Assembly: GCF_964213995.1 (NCBI RefSeq) | Contig: NW_027590122.1 | Location: forward strand, 1,798,001 to 1,862,000 | From: Mustelus asterias | Lineage: Eukaryota | Direction: 5' to 3' | Length of the DNA stretch: 64,000 nucleotides | Part shown: positions 59,066-64,000 of the stretch, piece by piece | How the letters are laid out: each line of letters opens with the position of its first letter | Numbering within the stretch: position 1 is the stretch's first letter | Notes under the pieces: generated by a model | The model's input: only the letters and a program-made list of their open reading frames with translations | Told to the model about the DNA's origin: nothing | Database searches by the model: none | Made by a program: the position numbers and the translations under genes

Positions 59066-61169
59066 ATGGCGACATCACCAGCGTCGCCGGTGGCAGGGCC
59101 TTCTCGGCCCACCTATGCGGGCGTGGCGGCTGCCAGAGCCCCCGCCGCTCCCAAGGCCCTGCCGCCATTCTCTTTAATCACGCGGCAGCTCGGGGTGAAG
59201 TGCTACGCCCACCCCGACATGTCTATCGAGGCCTGCGTTAAGGCAATGGCTGGGGTTGTCGGCCCCTCAGCCATTGTCGCGGCCTCAAAGATGTACGGCC
59301 GGGCCGTATTCTTCCTGAAGGCCGAGCGGGCGGTTCGCCTCGCCCTGGAAAAGGGGCTCACGGTGGGCGGGACGTTCCTGGCGGTGGACCCTTTGGAGGC
59401 CACCGCCCACAAGATAGTAATATCAAACGTCCCGCCCTTCCTACCGAGTGAGCTCCTCCTCCCCCACCTCCATCTACTGGGGGAGGTCAGGTCCGGGGTG
59501 CAGCCGATCCCGCTCGGCCTTCGGGACCCCTCCCTCCGCCATATTTACTCCTTCCGGCGCCAGGTTTTTGTCCGCCTGGCCCGGGAGGAGGAACTGGAGG
59601 GAGGTTTCAATGTCCCCCACGAGGGGACCACGTACCGGGTCTTTTGGTCCGCGGACGGTGTGCGGTGCCATGCCTGTAAGGAGGCGGGGCACGTGAGGAA
59701 AAACTGCCCCGTCTCCAAGGCCGCCGACCACCAACCCAAGGTGGCCGCAGCTGGCACCACAGCCCCCTCTCCCCCCAAGCGAGTACCATCTGCCCCCCCG
59801 CGAGGGGAGGCCACGCCGGCAGCAGCTGCCACCTCAGCTGCCGGCGGGGGGGGAGCGGAGCCCCCGCGCGGCCAAAAGGCCCATAAGGGACCTACAAAAA
59901 AGAAGGGGGGTACCGGAACCCCGGCCCCCAGGGAAAACACCCCAACCACCCCGGCAGCCGGCTCGGGGACCGCCTCAGTCTCCACCTGCGCCCCCCCCCC
60001 CACCACCACCACCACCACCATCTGCCGGGCCCGTGGGCTCTCCGGGGCCTAGTGCTGGGTCCGGCGCCCGGGATCATGGGCCCGAGCATGGGGGGGCAAG
60101 CGACCCCGAGCCGGCAAAACTGGCGACGCCGCCACCTCGGGGGGAAGTGACGGGAGAGCAGGGGGGGCGCGGCAAGGCGAAGAGGGGCGGAGGGCGAGGG
60201 GCCTCGCCTGCCCGAGGGCAGGTTAACAAAAAGAGGCGGGGCCCCACGGGCACCGTAGAGTTCGAGGTCTGCGTGTCCCCCCCCCCTTGTGAGTCATCTC
60301 CTGCCGTGCCCCCACCTGTCTTTGTGCCTTGTCCCGCGAAAAAAGGGGGCAAGGCACCCTGTAAATCCAAGCATGTGTTGCCTCAGTCCCCCGGCGAGGA
60401 GTCTCCGGGGCCGGGTGGCAGCGGGACCCCCACGGTTCCGTTCCACCCGGCCGGTTACAACCCGGAGTTCTTCTTCAGTCTGTCGGGGGACTGGGGCGAC
60501 ACTCCAATGTTCATGTCCTCGTGCGGCGGCGGCGAAGAGACGATCCACTCGTCCTCTCCGTCCCGACCTTGGACGCTGGACATCCCCAACCTCAGTCCGA
60601 AGGATACACCGGACCTGGGGGGTGTCCAAGCGTCTGGGGCGGGGGGGGGGGCTGGGCCGCCGTCGCACGGGGGCCCGCAATCCGGGAAAGGTGAGCCCGG
60701 GGGGAACCCCTCCTCCACCGATCCTGGGGGTGGGATCGGGGAGGGGCTAGGGCTAGTTGGTGGCTCCGTGCCGCCCGCCGTACGTCCTGCGGCGGGGGAC
60801 TCGGAGTCGAGGGGCGACCGCCCTGAGGAGGTCAGCGGCTCGGTGGAGGGCACGGGGACACTTTCAGAGTCTGCCCAGAGCGAGGCGGGGGACTCCCTCG
60901 TGCCCCCCACCGAGTCGTCCCTCATCCCCTCCAAGGACCTCAGGGTCTTTATCCGTAACCATTCCGGTCGCTCCGACATAATCCGGCTAGCCCTCGGCCA
61001 CTGGCCGGACCTGGCGCAGCTCGTCCGGTCCGTGAAGGCATGCTCGCATGCCTCCGCGGGCCTGGAGAAAATAGAGCGGCGCTGGGTACTGCGGTTCCTC
61101 CACAGGCTCGAAAAGGTGGGGGGTGGACTGGTGAGAATTGCGCCAGCGCCCCCCCACACACCTAGTTAA
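59066..61169 (+). CDS. Tx1 ORF1 (gag-like), split into two frames (59066..60052 and 60033..61169)
   Basis: RPTYAGVAA, VGPSAIVAASKM, ISNVPPFLP, SFRRQVF and CHACKEAGHVRKNC; frameshift in the C/G-run region near 59.8-60.05 kb. Confidence 0.8.
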
Positions 61170-61197
61170 GTGGTGACGGTGGCACAAAGCTGCTGAC

Positions 61198-64000
61198 ATG
61201 AAGGTGACCATAGCCAGCCTCAACATCAACGGCAGCAGTGGGCCACACCGCAGGTTCCAGAACTTCTCGGTCCTCCGTGACGGGAAGTATGCGGTGTGTT
61301 TCCTGCAGGAAACCCACACCGTTCCGGGAGACGAAGCCCAATGGCTCCTGGAGTGGCGAGGGGGGGTCTACATGAGCCACCTCACGCTCGCTTCTTGCGG
61401 GGTGGCTATCTTGTTGGCCCCGCGTTATAAGCCGGAGATCTTGGGGGTCAAGGAGCCGGTGCCAGGCCGGTTGCTGCACTTGACGGTCCGTGAGGGGGGC
61501 GTGGTCATTCACTTGCTGAATGTCTACGCCCCGACCGCTGGACCGCAGCAAACGACTTTCTACGAGAAAGTGTCCGCTCACATCGACACCATCGCGGGGG
61601 GCGAATGCATTATCCTCGGGGGAGATTTCAACTGCATCCTCGAGGCACGGGACCGCACCGGCCCCTGGCTGCGCACTCCGGCGGTGGTGAAGTTGCGGGA
61701 CCTGATCGGGTCCCACGACTTGGTGGACGTCTGGAGACATCTCCATCCTGGCTCCAGCGCCTTCACTTTCGTGAGGCCTGGAGTCGGAGCGTCCAGGCTC
61801 GACCGCCTTTACATTTCGAAGGCGCACGTGTCCGGCGTGTCCTCGGTCTCCATGCGGCCGGTGTCGAGCACGGACCACAGCCTGGTGTGGGCGGACTTTG
61901 CGCCGTCTCGCATCCGGCGGGGGTCCGCGTACTGGCACTTTAACAACACGCTGCTGGAGGACGAGCGCTTCCTGGACTCGTTCCGTCGATTCTGGGCCGG
62001 CTGGAGAAGGAAGCGGGGAGGCTTCCCCTCCTTGAGGCTCTGGTGGGATGTGGGCAAGACTCACGCCCGTACCTTCTGTCAGGGGTACGCGAGGGGGTCG
62101 ACAAAGAGGCGGAAATCCAGGCTCGAGGAGTTGGAGAAGGAGGTGCTCGACCTGGAGGCACGTCTCAGTCGGCCTGACGCGGACCCGGCCCTGCGTTCGG
62201 AGTACAGGGAGAAGAAGGACGCGCTGCGAGACCTGCAACTTGCCAGGTCTCGCGGCGCGTACGTGAGGTCGCGGCTCCAGTTCCAGGTGGACCTGGACCG
62301 CGGCTCCCCCTTCTTCTACTCGCTGGAAAGAGGGCGGGCTAACCGTCAGCAGCTCCTTACGCTGCTGGCCGACGACGGTTCCCCCGTCTCGGATCCGGAG
62401 GGCATCCGGGCCATTGCCCGGGAGTATTACACCTCGCTCTTCTCTCCGGATCCGTCCAGCGAGGATGCCCGCAGACTTCTGTGGGAGGACCTGCCGCAGG
62501 TCGGCCCGGAGGGCGTCGGCAGGCTCGAGGCCCCTACCACCATGGCCGAGCTGACCGGCGCCCTAAATGGCCTCAGCCGGGGCAAGGCCCCTGGGCTGGA
62601 CGGGCTGACAGTAGAGTTCTTCAGGGCGTTCTGGGACGTCCTGGGGAGCGACTACGCGGGGGTCCTGGGGGAGAGCGTCGCTACCGGGGAGATGCCCCTT
62701 TCGTGGCGCAGGGCCGTCATTGCCCTGCTGCCCAAGAAGGGGGATCTCCACCTGCTCAAGAACTGGCGCCCGGTCTCCCTCCTCAGCACGGATTATAAAA
62801 TCTTTGCCAGGGCTATGGCTTCACGCCTTGGATCCGTGCTGGACCACTTGATCCACCCTGACCAGTCCTACACGGTCCCGGGCCGTTGCATACATGACAA
62901 TCTCCACCTGGTCCGGGACCTAATCCATCACACCCAGAGGGCTGGTCTGTCGGGCGCCTTCCTGTCATTAGATCAGGAGAAGGCGTTCGACAGGGTGGAG
63001 CACGAGTATTTACTCGGGACTCTGCGGGCATTCGGGTTCGGGACGCATTTTGTCGCCCGGATCCGATTACTGTACTCTGCCGCAGAGTGTCTGATTAAGG
63101 TTAACGGGTCCCTGACGGCGCCCCTTCGCTTCGGGAGAGGAGTACGGCAGGGCTGCCCCTTGTCCGGCCAACTGTATTCCGTATGCGTGGAGCCATTCCT
63201 GCGCCTCTTGCGGAGGAGGTTGTCAGGTTTGGTCCTGCGCGGACCGGACGTAGGGGTGGTCCTGTCAGCTTACGCCGACGACGTGCTCCTCATGTTCACG
63301 GACCCGGCTGACCTGCGGAGGATGCGAGAATGCCAGGCGGTGTACTCCGCCGCGTCCTCCGCCAGGATCAACTGGGCCAAGTGCTCCGGACTCCTTGTCG
63401 GTCCTTGGGAGACGGACCCCCTTCCGGAGGAGCTCAGGCCTTTCACCTGGAGCAGGACCGACCTCCTCTACTTGGGGGCCCATCTCTGCCCAGCCGAGGA
63501 ATCCTGGCCGGCGAACTGGCGGGAGCTGGAGGCCAAAGTCTCCGCCCGCCTGGGTCGCTGGACAGGACTGCTCCGAGTGCTGTCCTACGGGGCGCGAGCT
63601 CGCGTCATAAACCAGCTGGTCGCCTCCATGCTGTGGTACCGGCTGGTCCCTTTGACCCCTCCCCCTGGCTTTGTCACCGATATCCAGAGAACCCTCGTGC
63701 GGTTCTTCTGGGGCAATCGACTGCACTGGGTCCCTGCTGCGGTCCTGTATCTCCCGCTTGAGGAGGGCGGACAAGGTCTGGTGTGCCTCCGCACTCAGAT
63801 AGCGACCTTCCGCCTCCAGGCCCTGCAGAGGTACCTTTACGTTGAGCCCCCTCCACAGTGGTGTGCCATGGCGACGTATTTCTTCCGCCAGTGGCACGGC
63901 CTCAATTATGACGTGCAGCTCCTGCATATCGAACTGGGGCGTGCTTCGACCGCCCTGCAGGAGTTGCCCGTCTTTTACCAGGACCTCCTCACTGTCTGGA
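61198..64000 (+). CDS. Tx1 ORF2 (AP endonuclease + reverse transcriptase), partial
   Basis: MKVTIASLNING, LQETH, NVYAP, LGGDFN, SRLDRLY, TDH, KAPGLDG, NWRPVSLL, DQEKAFD, QGCPLS (63148) and YADD (63271). QGCPLS and YADD are in frame with the ATG; no stop was noticed before the window end. Confidence 0.95.
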   Translation, partial: MKVTIASLNINGSSGPHRRFQNFSVLRDGKYAVCFLQETHTVPGDEAQWLLEWRGGVYMSHLTLASCGVAILLAPRYKPEILGVKEPVPGRLLHLTVREGGVVIHLLNVYAPTAGPQQTTFYEKVSAHIDTIAGGECIILGGDFNCILEARDRTGPWLRTPAVVKLRDLIGSHDLVDVWRHLHPGSSAFTFVRPGVGASRLDRLYISKAHVSGVSSVSMRPVSSTDHSLVWADFAPSRIRRGSAYWHFNNTLLEDERFLDSFRRFWAGWRRKRGGFPSLRLWWDVGKTHARTFCQGYARGSTKRRKSRLEELEKEVLDLEARLSRPDADPALRSEYREKKDALRDLQLARSRGAYVRSRLQFQVDLDRGSPFFYSLERGRANRQQLLTLLADDGSPVSDPEGIRAIAREYYTSLFSPDPSSEDARRLLWEDLPQVGPEGVGRLEAPTTMAELTGALNGLSRGKAPGLDGLTVEFFRAFWDVLGSDYAGVLGESVATGEMPLSWRRAVIALLPKKGDLHLLKNWRPVSLLSTDYKIFARAMASRLGSVLDHLIHPDQSYTVPGRCIHDNLHLVRDLIHHTQRAGLSGAFLSLDQEKAFDRVEHEYLLGTLRAFGFGTHFVARIRLLYSAAECLIKVNGSLTAPLRFGRGVRQGCPLSGQLYSVCVEPFLRLLRRRLSGLVLRGPDVGVVLSAYADDVLLMFTDPADLRRMRECQAVYSAASSARINWAKCSGLLVGPWETDPLPEELRPFTWSRTDLLYLGAHLCPAEESWPANWRELEAKVSARLGRWTGLLRVLSYGARARVINQLVASMLWYRLVPLTPPPGFVTDIQRTLVRFFWGNRLHWVPAAVLYLPLEEGGQGLVCLRTQIATFRLQALQRYLYVEPPPQWCAMATYFFRQWHGLNYDVQLLHIELGRASTALQELPVFYQDLLTVW

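Larger units (their letters stand above)
58181..64000 (+). mobile_element. Tx1-clade L1 non-LTR retrotransposon, apparently full length at the 5' end, runs off the window
   Basis: GC/CpG-rich 5' UTR, ORF1 with a CCHC knuckle, ORF2 with APE and RT. Confidence 0.93.

Noticed and set aside
58215-59177. 320-aa PACLL-rich ORF and long antisense ORFs over Tx1 (e.g. 61162..62238)
   Set aside because: By-products of the CCTG repeat and high GC content.

Overview
Eukaryotic DNA, most likely a shark (inferred from the V-SINE/HE1-type SINEs and the CR1, Rex-Babar, Penelope and Tx1 repeat complement). Bases 1-8.5 kb hold a largely decayed tRNA cluster with two near-canonical genes (Gln-CTG, Glu-CTC) and about 10 relics. 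Bases 8.7-58 kb are a birth-and-death cluster of C2H2 zinc-finger (ZNF) genes: 7 open arrays of 6-17 fingers plus pseudogenes and fragments. No effector domain is visible. Most have a short non-coding first exon, CCAAT/NRF1/YY1/CRE-rich and partly bidirectional promoters, and one finger exon, and they are related by inverted duplications. The window ends inside a young Tx1-clade L1 retrotransposon. Highlights: (1) two apparently independent Tx1 insertions at the homologous position in exon 1 of ZNF gene units, suggesting site-specific targeting of ZNF genes; (2) a poly(A)/TSD-bearing retrocopy of an unrecognised repeat protein that truncated a ZNF array; (3) Penelope-derived minimal hammerhead ribozyme motifs, several at the same intronic site; (4) a TGEKP linker converted into a Kozak start across a ZNF subfamily. 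All calls were made by eye, with no database searches, and repeat boundaries are approximate.
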